Shown in pieces: positions 42,100 through 56,115 of a DNA stretch of 64,000 bases (the first letter of the stretch is position 1; the number at the start of each line of letters is the position of its first letter). The notes under the pieces are model-generated. The model was not told the origin of the DNA. It ran no database searches and worked only from the letters and a program-made list of their open reading frames with translations. Source of the stretch: Octopus sinensis (lineage: Eukaryota); contig NC_043014.1 of NCBI RefSeq assembly GCF_006345805.1, positions 29,822,001 to 29,886,000 on the forward strand, written 5' to 3'. A program made the position numbers and the translations under genes.

Positions 42100-42302
42100 T
42101 TTTTTTCTCTTTTACTTGTTTCAGTCATTTGACTGCGGCCATGCTGGAGCACCGCCTTTTTTTTAGTCGAGCAAATCGACCCCGGGACTTATTCTTTGTA
42201 AGCCCAGTACTTATTCTATCGGTCTCTTTTGCCGAACCGCTAAGTGACAGGGACGTAAACACACCAGCATCGGTTGTCAAGCAATGCTAGGGGCACAAAC
42301 AC

Positions 42303-42333
<31 letters not shown>

Positions 42334-42505
42334 CATATATACGACAGGCTTCTTTCAGTTTCCGTCTACCAAATCCACTCACAAGGCATTGGTCGGCCTG
42401 GGGCTATAGCAGAAGACACTTGCCCAAGATGCCACGCAGTAGGACTGAACCCGGAACCATGTGGTTGGTTAGCAAGCTACTTACCACACAGCCACTCCTG
42501 CGCCT
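42100..42505 (-). mobile_element. tRNA-derived SINE, young copy
   Basis: CpG-rich and near consensus (gactgcggccatgctggagcaccgcc...gccactcctgcgcc). Confidence 0.92.
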
Positions 42506-44669
42506 ATGCATAATTATTTAACAAAATTGATATACAGTTATACTAGTTTCATTAATATGTCCCAGTATGTTCTGGATGAAGAGATAATACTGTAGAACAG
42601 CATTTGGACATAGCTCCTTTTGCCATGCACTACAACTAAGATGTGAGGTTAAGCCTTTCAGCTGTCTGCATAAAGAAATAATTAGTATTTGAAATTGAGG
42701 TCTACCCAACAGTTTTCATTCAGTAGAAACTACTGAATAGAAACACTTAAAAATTGACAATATTATCTGGAATAGGCAATCTGTGAGTCTAATACTAATA
42801 TCACATCAGTGTGATAACCTTACAGGCATTGTACATCTGCAGCTTTGAAAACCAGTCTTAAATTTGTGTTACAAAAATAATGTTGACATGTATACTTATA
42901 AGAATATATTTCTTATAAAGACGTGTACATTTAATAGCTAACAGGGTTTTAATCAACTTTGCTTGTGTATAAGTTCCAAAACAATAAGAATATAAGTAAA
43001 AAAAGCTGATTGAAAACTACACATCACTATCATTTTTTACTTGAGATTTATTTTTTCAATTGACTTGAAGTCATTTTTTATATACATTTGAATTTCCATA
43101 GATTTTCATCAAAATCTTATAAAAATGTAATAACTGATCAATTTTAAACAAAATTCATCAGTCTTTTCTTCTGGAGGTGCTTAGTTGTGGTAAGCTGCAC
43201 TTCAAGGTTGAAAAATTGGAAAAAAATACTCAAAACAACACATGAAATAGTATTTGTCTACAAGTAGGCATTTGTAAACAGACTAATTCTGCACTGACTT
43301 ACCTATTTTTTGTTTGAATGGCATTTAATAGAGTTAACCATTTTTTGCTATATAGGAATTTGGTCAAGCCTCAAGTCTCAAACATCTAGTAAACTGTAAA
43401 TATGGCCTAAGCAGATTAAGATGCTCAAATATTAAACACAAAACTTTGAATTCCAAAATACTAAACAATGCACATTGCTCTGATTTGATTAAAATATAGA
43501 ACATACAGGTTCCATCCTCTCATGCAAATATTCAGACATGAAAAAGAAATTTATTCATCCACATTTAGTATGAAATTAAAAATCTTTGAACAAGATTGTT
43601 ATGACTGGGGTGAAGATATGTTTAGATACTAATTTATTGTGAAGATAAAATATAAATTATACATAACTTCTACCATATATGTTCATGACTTGACCTCTGC
43701 ATGTAGCTAGAATGGTTCTGCATTTCTTGCAGCTTCCCCATTCAATTTCAAGTTAAACATGGTCTATTGATTGATGTAGATAATATATCTTAAATATGAC
43801 TCAGTATTTCAGCATGGTTACTTCACAAGCCTTGTACATCTGTAGCTTTGAGAACCAGTTTTAAATTTATGTTGTAAAGATAATGTTTACATATTACTTA
43901 TATAAATATACTTTTTAGAATGACATGTACTTTTAATAGTTAACAAGTTTTCAATCAATTCTGTATGTGTATAGATTCCAAAACAATAAAAATACAAATG
44001 AAAAAAATGTTATCCAGAACACGTATGACATATATAGTATACATTAAACATTGGATTTTCTCAATTTGTTTGATGATAAACAGTTTTTACTCCTTCTTAC
44101 TTCATATGAGAACTAATTAAAATATGATCCTCACCAAATTACCACTAATTGAGTGGGTAACATATTGGAGTGCCCAGCTCATTCTTGAATCTATTGCAGA
44201 CTTTCTATTACACATTTGAACAGATATTTAATTTGTACATTCTTCAGTGGGGCATGTTACTTGGAATAGATAGTAAGATGCTGTCATATTTTGTTATCTG
44301 AGATACCTTAACAGTCTGTTTGGTATAGTATTTCTTTCAGTTGTTTAATATCTTGCAATCAAAGCTCATGGAGTTATGCTTACTGAACCTAATTCATTAG
44401 CTGGAATTTTAAAGTTAATTACATTCATTGAATGCTTCCATCTTGAAAGACAGATGTGATTTTCTGTTCTCTTTGTAAACTGAAATGGAATTTAAATAAG
44501 GGAAGGAATACTGTGAATTGGCAATGTCTGTAGACAAGAAAAGAGGAACTGTCCTTCTTCATATTGTACCACCACAACCATCAGTAATTTTGGTTATCAT
44601 AGGTGTGTTGCTGTGTAAAATGTGTTTCAGGTTACAATTGTCACACATACTAACATTAAATTATTACAT

Positions 44670-44763
44670 GCATAGGTGGGGCTGTGTGGTAAGAAGCTTG
44701 CTTCTCAACCACATGGTTCCAGGTTCAGTCCCACTGAGTGGTACCTTTGGCAGACCATAGCCA

Positions 44764-44837
<74 letters not shown>

Positions 44838-45061
44838 GTGTGTGTGTTTGTGTGTCTGTGTTTGTCCCCCTAGCATTGCTTGACAACCGATGCTGGTGTG
44901 TTTATATCCCCGTCACTTAGCGGTTCGGCAAAAGAGGCCGATAAAATAAGTACTAGGCTTACAAAGAATAAGTCCCGGGGTCGAGTTGCTCGACTAAAGG
45001 CGGTGCTCCAGCATGGCCGCAGTCAAATGACAGAAACAAGTAAAAGAGTAAAAAAAAGAGA

Positions 45062-45062
<1 letters not shown>
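44670..45062 (+). mobile_element. tRNA-derived SINE with part of the body replaced by microsatellite
   Basis: Head followed by (CT)(TA)(TG), then a near-consensus 3' half. Confidence 0.88.
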
Positions 45063-45094
<32 letters not shown>

Positions 45095-45153
45095 TATATT
45101 TTATATATATATATTGATATATATATATATATTTATTATATATATATTATATT

Positions 45154-45251
<98 letters not shown>

Positions 45252-45345
45252 ATATATATATATATTTATATATATATATATTTAATATATATATATATTT
45301 ATATATAGATATATATATATATAGTGATATATATATATATATAGT

Positions 45346-45376
<31 letters not shown>

Positions 45377-45418
45377 ATATATATATTATTATATATATTA
45401 TATATTATATATAATATA

Positions 45419-45474
<56 letters not shown>

Positions 45475-45879
45475 TATATAATATATATATTTATATTATA
45501 TATATATATTTATATATATATAATATATATATATTATTATTTATATATATATTATATTTATATATATATATATATTATTATATATATATATTTTATATAT
45601 ATATATATATTTTATATATATATATATATTATTTATATTTATATATATATTATATATATTTATATATATATATATAATTTATATATATATTTATATTATA
45701 TATATATATTTAATATATTTTATATTATATATATATTTATATATATATATTTATATTTATATATATATATATTTATTATATATATTTATATTTATATATA
45801 TATATATTTATATATATATTTATATATATATATATATATATATATTATTTATATATATATATATATATTATTATATATT

Positions 45880-45910
<31 letters not shown>

Positions 45911-45917
45911 TTATATT

Positions 45918-45948
<31 letters not shown>

Positions 45949-46095
45949 TTATATATATTATATATTTATATATATATTTATATATATATATATATTTATA
46001 TATTATATTTATATATATATATATATTTATATATATATTATATTATATATATATATATATATAATATATTTTATATTTATATTTATATATATTTA

Positions 46096-46126
<31 letters not shown>

Positions 46127-46174
46127 TATATATATTAATATATATATATTTATATTTATATTATATATATTATA

Positions 46175-46236
<62 letters not shown>

Positions 46237-46416
46237 TATATATATTTATATATATATATATTTATATTTATATATATTTATATATATATATATTTATATA
46301 TATATATTATTATATTTATATATTTTATATTTATATTATATATAATATTTATATATTATATTTATATTTATATATATTTATATATATATATATTTATATT
46401 TATATTTATATATATT

Positions 46417-46447
<31 letters not shown>

Positions 46448-46451
46448 TATT

Positions 46452-46482
<31 letters not shown>

Positions 46483-46728
46483 ATATATTATTATATATAT
46501 ATTTATATTTATATTTATTTATATATATTATATTTATATTTATATTTATATATATTTATTTATATATATATATATTTATATTATATATATTTATATATAT
46601 ATATATATTTATTTATATATATTTATATATATATATATTATATTTATATTTATTTATTTATATATATATATATTATATTTATATATATTATATATATATA
46701 TTTATATATATATATATATATATATATA
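45063..46728. repeat. About 1.67-kb (TA/TTA) tract
   Basis: Almost entirely A/T, with a few G bases near the left end. Confidence 0.97.
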
Positions 46729-47384
46729 GTGGAACCACAGGAAGGTTAACATAGAAAGTAGATTTTAAGGTAGTAATAGGGATAATGGTTAGTGGAATGG
46801 GTGTTAGCTATGTGGATTCTAGTATAGGAGAGTAGTGCAAAAATTGTTTATATATTTTTTCATACATGAAACCAATGGCATTGAAAATATCATTGTTATA
46901 AGTTGTTCTGATTAACGAGGTGAGCCAACAATTGCATTGTGTTTTAGTAATTACATAGCTTCTTGAGAAATTCTTATTGTTCCTTTATAATTTTCATGAG
47001 GTTGCTATTCTAAAAAAAAAATAAACCACTTTTGTTTAAAAAAAGAGTAAACCACCTTTTTTTTTACATTTCATTTTAAAGACAACCAAGACATTTGAGA
47101 TTTGTAAAATATTATTTTAATGTCTACTTTTCCATGCTTACATGGATCAGATGAGAGTACATTGAGGCAGAGCTTTATTGCTGAATGATCTTCCAGTTGC
47201 CAACCCTTTCTTGTTTCCAAGTGGAATAATAATCTCCCATTCAAACAACAGACATGTTTCATGCAAAGAATTGGAAGCCCTGTATAAATGAGCTCTTTTT
47301 CAATACAAATCAAGAAACCTGGACATACTTTCATGGTGAACTGCAAGCAAACAACACTGTCAGGAAGTCATTTTTACAACTAAA

Positions 47385-48260
47385 AGTGAGAGAAATAAAA
47401 TTCCATATCTTCGGAGTCCTCTTGAATGCATAACATCGCAGATTGTTGCAGCAAGTTCAAGTAAATGGGACTTGTTGTAGTACCATAAAGAAAGAATGGT
47501 CCAGTTAATCCTTTTAAGGATAAGCTGCACATACTGTAACTCTTGGTAAAATAATGTAATGTTCCAATGTGATATTACTCCATAATATGCAGATGCTCAT
47601 GTCGCCAGTAGATACAATTGTGGTGGTTAACAGAGCCAGTTAATTTGAATGTAGCCTCGTTACTCCAAACAATCTTTGATGGAAAGTGTGCACCTTCTGC
47701 ACATGTTACCAGGTTCCATGCACAAAATTCCACTCTTTGGTCTGGATCAGCTTCATTGGGAGTATGGACTATTCTTGGAATTTGATTTTGAAATTACTAT
47801 CTCATAACTAGCTTGCTATACAGATTCTCTTGAACTCTGGTAATACATTTCTAGTACCCTTTCTTGCTCTTTGGGGTTCATTAATGTTTGTGGTCTTCCA
47901 GAATGTTTCATGTGGACATTTTTAAAACTTCCATCTGGTTCTGCATAGGTGGATCTGTTTGAAACTCCTTTTTAAGCCATTTTTGTACTTCAACTGGTTG
48001 AAGGAAATTTATCCTAGAGTGCTCCTGGAAGTTTGAAAAAAGCTTCCAGTCTAACATAAATTCCCTTTGCTCAAAAGTTAGGCTGGCTCCCTTTATTATT
48101 TCTGTGTACAATGTAAAAATGCACAACCTGTTGTTAGTATGATGAAGGACCACTCCGATATAATCAACCACACATATTACATAACTTTTCACATGGAAGC
48201 ACTTACGTGCAATGGGTTTTGAAATGGAGTGATACAGAAACAATTGCCACTAATAATAAA
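47385..48260 (-). mobile_element. DD41D/rosa-like Tc1/mariner transposase relic
   Basis: LTFEQREFML..EVQKWLKKEFQTDPP, SGRPQT, DPDQRVEFC, KIVWSNEATFKL..VNHHNC and GPFF. Broken frames. Confidence 0.75.
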
Positions 48261-48349
48261 GTTGCACTCTATTCATTCTTTGTCTTAATATTTGTATTCT
48301 GTGTGTGTGTGTGTGTACACATGCATACATGTTGGTGTTTATAAGGTAT

Positions 48350-48551
48350 ATGTATTCTTTTGTTTCAGTCATTTGACTGTGACCATGCTGGAGCACCGCC
48401 TTTAGTCAAGCAAATCAACTCTAAGACTTATTTTTTGTAAGCCTTGTACTTATTCTATCGGTCGCTTTTGCCGCACCACTAAGTTACGGGGATGTAAACA
48501 CACCAGCATCGGTTGTCAAGCAATGTTGGGGGGGGGGACAGATACACAAAC

Positions 48552-48641
<90 letters not shown>

Positions 48642-48822
48642 TATATATACATACACACATACAATAGGCTTCTTTCAGTTTCCGTCTACCAAATCCACTT
48701 ACAAGGCTTTTGTTGGCCTGAGGCTATAGTAGAAGACACTTGCCCAAGGTGCCACACAGTGGGACTGAACTCAGAACTGTGTGATTGGTAAGCAAGCTAC
48801 TTACCACACAGCCACTCCTGCA
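48350..48822 (-). mobile_element. tRNA-derived SINE
   Basis: Full copy of the main family. Confidence 0.9.
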
Positions 48823-49653
48823 ACTATGTATGTAAATATTTGTATACATATGTATATACAAATACAGGCACAGTTATGATTTTGTGGTTAAGTTTTCTTC
48901 CAAGCCATATGGTTCCAAGTTCAGTCCCTCTGTATGACTCCTTAGGCAAGTGTCTTTTATTATAGCCCTGGGTTGACTAAGGCTTTGTTAGTAGATTTGT
49001 TAGATGAAAACTGAAAGAAGCCCATGATACAGACATACTTGTGTGTGTGTATACATATATGTATATATTATTATTATCATTATTTAAAAACTGTTTCATT
49101 TGACTCCAGGCAACTTAGTTTCATAGGCTTGGGCTGCTATTGGCCAAAACAGGTCACTTGGTGTTATTAGAAAGGAAAATTTCTTTGACCATGTGGCTTG
49201 GATGCATCTTGAAGTCTGGTTGGTCTTAGAAGGGATTTAGAGATGAGCAAAAACATGGCTGGCAAAAGTGTGTGTTTGTGTGTTTCACTGATGTATGAGT
49301 ATATGGATTTGGGTGTCAATCTCACTTCTAATAACACCATGGGACTCACCTTACTACTGCAGCCAGCTTGCCTGTCTCCATTTTGTTAAATGCACCTCAA
49401 TGAGTTAGGCATGGAGCGGGATCAAACTATTTTTAAATAATGTAACTCCTACAAAATGTGTTCAGTACCTCTTTCTTTCATTTGGCTATTCACACACACA
49501 TACACATATATATGTGTGTGTTTCCTCTCTCTGTTTTCTTTCCTCATTCTTTTTCTGTTGAAGAACATTGGCTCAAATCATCAAAAACTGAGTGTCAAAC
49601 TAATGCACTTTGTTGTTTCTTTACCTGTCTGTCTTGCTTTTTGTACATTTGCA

Positions 49654-49706
<53 letters not shown>

Positions 49707-49827
49707 ACAATATGAATTTAACCTTTAAAGGTATTTCTTAATATGCTGGTCATTGATAAAATTTTTTTCAAAAAGAATTTTTTTTTGAAAAAAATTTTAT
49801 CCTACATTAGATATATATATATATATA

Positions 49828-50214
49828 TAGGTGCAGGCATGGCTGTGTGGTAAGAAGCTTGCTTCCAAACTACATGGGTCCAGGTTCAGCCCCATTGCAT
49901 AGCACCTTGGACAAGTGTCTTCTACTATAGTCTCAGGTCGACCAAGGCCTTGTGAGTGGATCTAGTAGATGGAAACTGAAAGAAGCCCATCAAATATATA
50001 TGTATATATTTGTGTCTGTGTTTGTACCCTCCCCATTGCTTAACAACTGATGTTGGTGTGTTTATGTCCGTGTAACTTAGTGGTTTGGCAAAAAGCAACC
50101 GATAGAATAAGTGCTAGGCTCACAAAGAATAAGTCCTGGGTCAATTTCTTCTACTTAAAACAGTGCTCCAGCATGGCCGCAGTCAAATGACTGAAACAAG
50201 TAAAAGAATAAAAG

Positions 50215-50216
<2 letters not shown>
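49828..50216 (+). mobile_element. tRNA-derived SINE
   Basis: Full copy of the main family. Confidence 0.9.
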
Positions 50217-50249
<33 letters not shown>

Positions 50250-50589
50250 ACATTTATAAATAAGGAATTAAACAAGAGAAAATGGATCAGACGTTATTTA
50301 TTTCATATCACTGCAATTGTTTCTGCACATTGGCACACTTATAGTATATTGGTGATGATGTGTAGAAAGTGATATGAAATAAAGAACGTTATTCAATCCA
50401 TTTTCTCTTATTCATCTCTTTATATAAACTCTATCGACACTATGGACTTCTGGATGTTTTCCAGTGACAGGGCTATTCCCACTGTGTGATGAAATGTGGT
50501 TGCCAATAACTGCGAATGAGCTTTGTAGAGCATACTACAAAGTTTTTACCCAAGTTGTATTCAACAACACGTGTGTGTGTGAATTCTTT

Positions 50590-50995
50590 TTCTTTTTTAA
50601 TTGTTTTAATAATTTCACTGCGGCCATGCTGGAGCACCACCTTTAGTCAAGCAAATCAACCTCAAGACTTATTCTTTGTAAGCCTAGTACTTATTCTATT
50701 GGTATGCGTTTACCTAACTGCTAAGTTACGGGGTCGTAAACACACCAACATTGGTTGTCTAGCAATGTCATGGGTGGGGGGCAGACACAAACATACACAC
50801 ACACATGGATACATACACATATATATATATACGATGAGCTTCTTTCAGTTTCTGTCTACCAAATCTACTCACAAGGCTTTGGTCAGCCTGAGGCTATAGT
50901 AGAAGACACATGCCCAGGGTGCCACACAATGAGACTGAACCTGGAATCATGTGGTTGGTAAGCAAGCTACTTACCACACAGCCACTCCTGTGCCT
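50590..50995 (-). mobile_element. tRNA-derived SINE
   Basis: Full copy, inverted relative to 49828-50216. Confidence 0.9.
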
Positions 50996-51006
50996 GTATG
51001 TATATG

Positions 51007-51039
<33 letters not shown>

Positions 51040-51054
51040 CACACATCCCTCCCT

Positions 51055-51128
<74 letters not shown>

Positions 51129-52454
51129 TTATATATGCTTCTGAGCAAAGTGTCATTCAAATACAAAGCAGTAATAATAAATCTAGTAAATGACAAAGGA
51201 ATAAGAAATTATGTGATAAACTTCATTACCTTATCACTGTTTCTGCTATAAGATGCAATGCACTCATAGTTGAGTGCTTGAGTATCATCCTTTAGCTTCA
51301 TCAAAGCTTCAATAAAAATATACATCCATATATATGTATGAACAGGTGAATATGGTTGTATTTGTGTTACTGTCACACAAGCAGTGCCACTTATTTTCGA
51401 TATTCATAAAAAATGAATAAAGAGTATAGTGACCAAAGGATCGAGAAAGGTGGGTAGAAGCTGCAAGTGTGTAGGGAAGGTAGAGTGAGAGATAGAGATA
51501 GGGGTGACAGTGGTCATAAGTAAATAGGGCATGAAAGTAGTTGATTGTGAAGGAATGTGGGGCAGTTACTGGTAAGTATGAAGGATGGAAATTGGAAGTG
51601 ACTCAGAGAAGAGGGAGTGATGACTGGCAGTAGAGAAAGGGTGATAATATGATATGTAATAACAGGTTTTTGTTTTTATTAATTACAAGGATAGGGTAAT
51701 ACAGTAGATAAAAGGGTGGTGGAAGGATGAGCAATAAACAAACGAGGCGAGGACAGCAGATGTAGACTTGGCTGGAACACAGTCCCAGATATGTGCATAC
51801 ACATTATGCTTCTAGCTTCCATAGCTACCCTCTTTTTAACATCAGTTTCACTATATATTTGTGTATGTGTGTAATATGTTTACATGCACACACATAATTA
51901 TCATTATCATTATAATTATTGTCATTGTATGTGTATCAACTTTTTCCATTGGGACGACTAAATTCCTTGTAAAGTATTCTTCACTTGAATGCCTTCCATG
52001 ATGCTAAACTTTGTTTACTATTAATGTCTTCACTCATAAAACTGCCAAGAAGGAGGTTTTCTTTAAGAGGTACATAAAGAAATGTCACCATTTCCCAAAC
52101 AGCAGAAATAAACAAACACATGTACATACCCACGTGACAGAATTCAGTATTAATTTTCATCTACTAAATTTTCAAGGCAAAAGCAGAAGACACTTGCCCA
52201 AGGTGTTACACAGTTGGGTCAAACCAGAAATTACATAGTTTCAAAGCAAACTTCTAAACCATGTGAGCATTACTGCACATATCTATTTTATCTTCCTGTC
52301 TGTGTGTGTGTATACATACATAATTGTCTAAAATCTCATGACTCACCACTCTTTCCATACTCTCTATCACCGGAGAGCACATGTTATTACTTAACTGTGC
52401 TGTTATATTCCATCTGGTTTTAGTACCCTGTGTGAAACCACTGTATACTTTGAG

Positions 52455-52510
<56 letters not shown>

Positions 52511-54633
52511 CATTCATTCATACAAATAGACTATTAGGAGTCTACCTCCACCTAACACTTTTGATTACAAAACTCAAATGTCTTATTAGAAAATGATCTC
52601 TATTCAGTTTTTATTTTGTTTCTTTTTATCTTGAATATCAAATTGTTGTACAAGTAAAACTTTCCAAGTAATACAAATATTTAACTTTATAGTTTTCAGT
52701 ATTCATTATTTTTATATCAAAATATTTCTAACACTGTATCTTTTTCTTGTTCTCTCTCTTTTCTAGTTTGGTACCACATTTGACCATAGGACTGAAGATA
52801 TCTGTATCCTTTTCTTAGAATCACAATTCTATATAGAACTGTAAATGTGAAATTGCTCTAATCTCTGGATTCACTTAAACCTGATAACATGAAAAGTCAT
52901 AATAGTCTTTTTGGAAATTCTACTTTCAGTTAATTTATGTAGAAACCAATCAGAAATAATTCAAACCTATTTATATAACACCCAATAGTTTGCTTGCATC
53001 TCGGTAAATAATTAGACATCAGATGTCATCTTTTTACATGTGCTTGAACATTATGGTAGGAAGCTAGTATTTTTCAATTTTATGATTACATTGGAGAATA
53101 TTGCTATACCATGCACAATGTGTGTGTATCAATATTAAGAAAAAAAAGCTGAAAATTTATTTAGAATTACTTAACTGTTTTCACAGTTTCCATGATAATT
53201 GAAAGTATTAAAATATGAAGTCCTGAGGTTATACCGTATTTGTCTAAATGAAATTTTTTACTAGGTGTTTATCACTGATGCTTTGTGAGGCAGTTCTTTA
53301 CCATTTTCAAAGATTTTATTGTAGATTTCTAAACGTTGCATTTTCAGATTTTAAGCATTTAAGTAGTTCAGTTGGTTAATATTATGCTACTGTCAAATGG
53401 TCGGTTAGCTCTTCTGTTCAAAACAAGCTATTATTTAATCCTTTGATGACATCAGCGCTTCATTTGGAGGTTCTATTTTTCATATGTATCAAAGATCTTA
53501 AAGGTATCCAAACAATGTGTTATGGTTTCATACTGTAGTCAGGTGCCTGCTACATTTCTATATATGTTGTTATTGCTTATTCAGTTGTAATTTATTTATA
53601 TTTTTAAATATTTTTCTTTATTTGGCCATATTTGATTTCTAGTTTTGTCAGAACAATGATAAAGTGTTAAGACTAGCAATTTTGAGGATTTCTTTCTTGC
53701 ACTTCTGTCTAAATATTTGTGTAGAATCTTTCTAGTATTAGGGTCTCATATGAATAGTGAGTCTGGTTCTCAAATTAAGTTTCATTTGTCCTATATATTT
53801 TTCATTAGAACCATTGCATTTGGTAGCATAAATTAAATTTTTGACGAACAGGTGAAGTAGTTTTCCACAGTGAAGACATGTCTTGATTGGAACTTTTTAG
53901 GATGTGTCTTCTACATGATAAATGCATTTTCAAAAATTTAAAACAATTGAGTATTCATACTAGATTAAATGGTATATTTATTTTAGCGTGTTTTGAGTGC
54001 TATGAAGTAATTAGTAAGTATTATTTTGAATCTGTCGACTTGTAGTGGATGTCAGTTTTAATGTTTGTGGGTGGGGGTTGTTTTTTTTTCTGAAAGGATG
54101 ATTGTAACTTTATTTCATTGTGAAATATAAATTGTTATTTATGTGAATAATTAAGGTTTTGAAATCATTAAGTTAGTCAAACCCATGAGTCCACAGAATG
54201 AGTCCAAATAATCCAATTTTAAGTTGATACCATAGTTTAGTGTAGATGGTTCATATATTTGAACTTCTAGGTATGGCATGATTAAATTTGCATAAGCAAG
54301 GACAACCTTTCCTTCCATAAATGCAGCATTGAATTTAAAAAGATCATTTTGTAGGATGAATTTTATTCCTTCTGTAATTAGTTGTTTTTTGTTCTCAGTC
54401 TGAGATTTTATTGGGAAACTTTTTAAACCAGAATTCTTATAGTTTCTTGTCCATAGACATGTGGAGTAATAGTGAAGAGGTTTGCTACATCATTTAGTCC
54501 AGGCAAATACAGTATAGATCTAAGAATCTCCATGTCTCACTACTTTTGAAAATCAGGAAAATTTTGAAACCAGTTAGGTAGTTTTTTTAATTTTATAATT
54601 CTACTCATGTGGGGGAAAATGTTATCCTCCTCC

Positions 54634-54674
<41 letters not shown>

Positions 54675-54678
54675 GTTT

Positions 54679-54943
54679 GAGATAAAACCACTATTATGCA
54701 ACTTGAACAGTGATAGACATAAACCAAAACATAAATAACAAATATATTTTTATAAAACATATAACTAGATCTCAAAAAGTATAAAAATGAATGATCAATA
54801 TATAATACGTATTATATATTGATCATTCATTTTTATACTTTTTGAGATCTAGTTATATGCGTCATAAAAATATATATTATTCGCTATTTATGTTTTGGTT
54901 TATGTCTATCACTGTTTAAGTTGCATAATAGTGGTTTTATCTC
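54679..54943. repeat. 265-bp palindrome with no spacer
   Basis: Inner arms 54758-54808 / 54809-54859 are perfect reverse complements (51+51 bp). Outer arms 54679-54737 / 54885-54943 differ at 1 of 59 positions. Confidence 0.95.
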
Positions 54944-55042
54944 TAATTTATGTTTTATATATTTATATTGTGAAATTTGATTTAATACTAAATTGGATTT
55001 TTCCCTGTAAGTTTGGAGTTATACTCCCTAATATTATATGTA

Positions 55043-55078
<36 letters not shown>

Positions 55079-55770
55079 ATATATATATATATATATACAT
55101 ATAATGAAATGATTTAGGTTTTGTCTTTTTATATATTGATAAAACTTAACCATTTATGATTTTTATTCACTGAAATTATTTCAATGAGTTTTCATAATAA
55201 CAATCTTGGTTTTCTTTAGATATGAGTAAAATAGTAAAGTAGTTATAAGTTACACTTGATTGGATTATTCAATATTTCTGAAGAATTTGCACTGAATAAC
55301 CGCTCTTCTCCTCCTAGCCTGTCCATTAGACTAATGTTTTATAAACTACTCCAATGATATCACTGTAGTAGGAGGAGTGGCTAGCTGAGAGCAGTTGACT
55401 TAAACACCAGTGGTCTTAACACACAAAGATCCTGAGTTTATGTTTACATGTTCCTACACAAGCCACATCTTTCTTTTCATTTTTCATCTTATCCTTATCT
55501 TTTGTGTAATCAAAATTATTTTACTTGTACTTGTATTTTGACTCTTCTGAAACAGGACTATGACAAATCTATTTTATTTGCATGATATTGGTTTAAAAAA
55601 TAAAATCAGGTTAATGTGAAATGTGTGTGTATAACTAAGTAATATTGAATTGAAGTAGGATATGAGGGTGTTGTATGTTGTGCTTTATTTGTCAATGGCT
55701 TTATTTTTCATATCTAACAATTTTTTCTGTATCAACAACTGTACATTTACTTAATCATAAGGATCTGTGC

Positions 55771-55811
55771 TTTGCTGATGAGGCCATAATATAACAGAAA
55801 TGTGGTCCAAC
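55771..55811 (+). ncRNA. Degenerate Penelope-type hammerhead ribozyme motif
   Basis: ttg-CTGATGA-GGCC-ataatataaca-GAAA-tgtg-GTC-caa. Core and GUC site are intact, stem II is decayed. Confidence 0.4.
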
Positions 55812-56115
55812 TTGCCAAAATTATTAAAATAATATTAGTCAACGTCTAATATTATCTTTTTTCTTCACCACATAATTACAGTTAATTTTTTTTACTTTTC
55901 TCTATATGAATTAAGTTAAGAGCAACTAAATTTATTTATCATACCGTTGTCTTGTCACTGACTATGGACTATAATTATTTGACCAATTCATTGTTGGCAT
56001 TTTACTTTGGACATCTAGCTAACCAGCTACAGCATCAGCTCCATTATTTTTAGTCGTTTTTTTAATGTATCGTGTCATTGAATTTTGTAACTACTACACA
56101 ACTACCAACCCTTAA

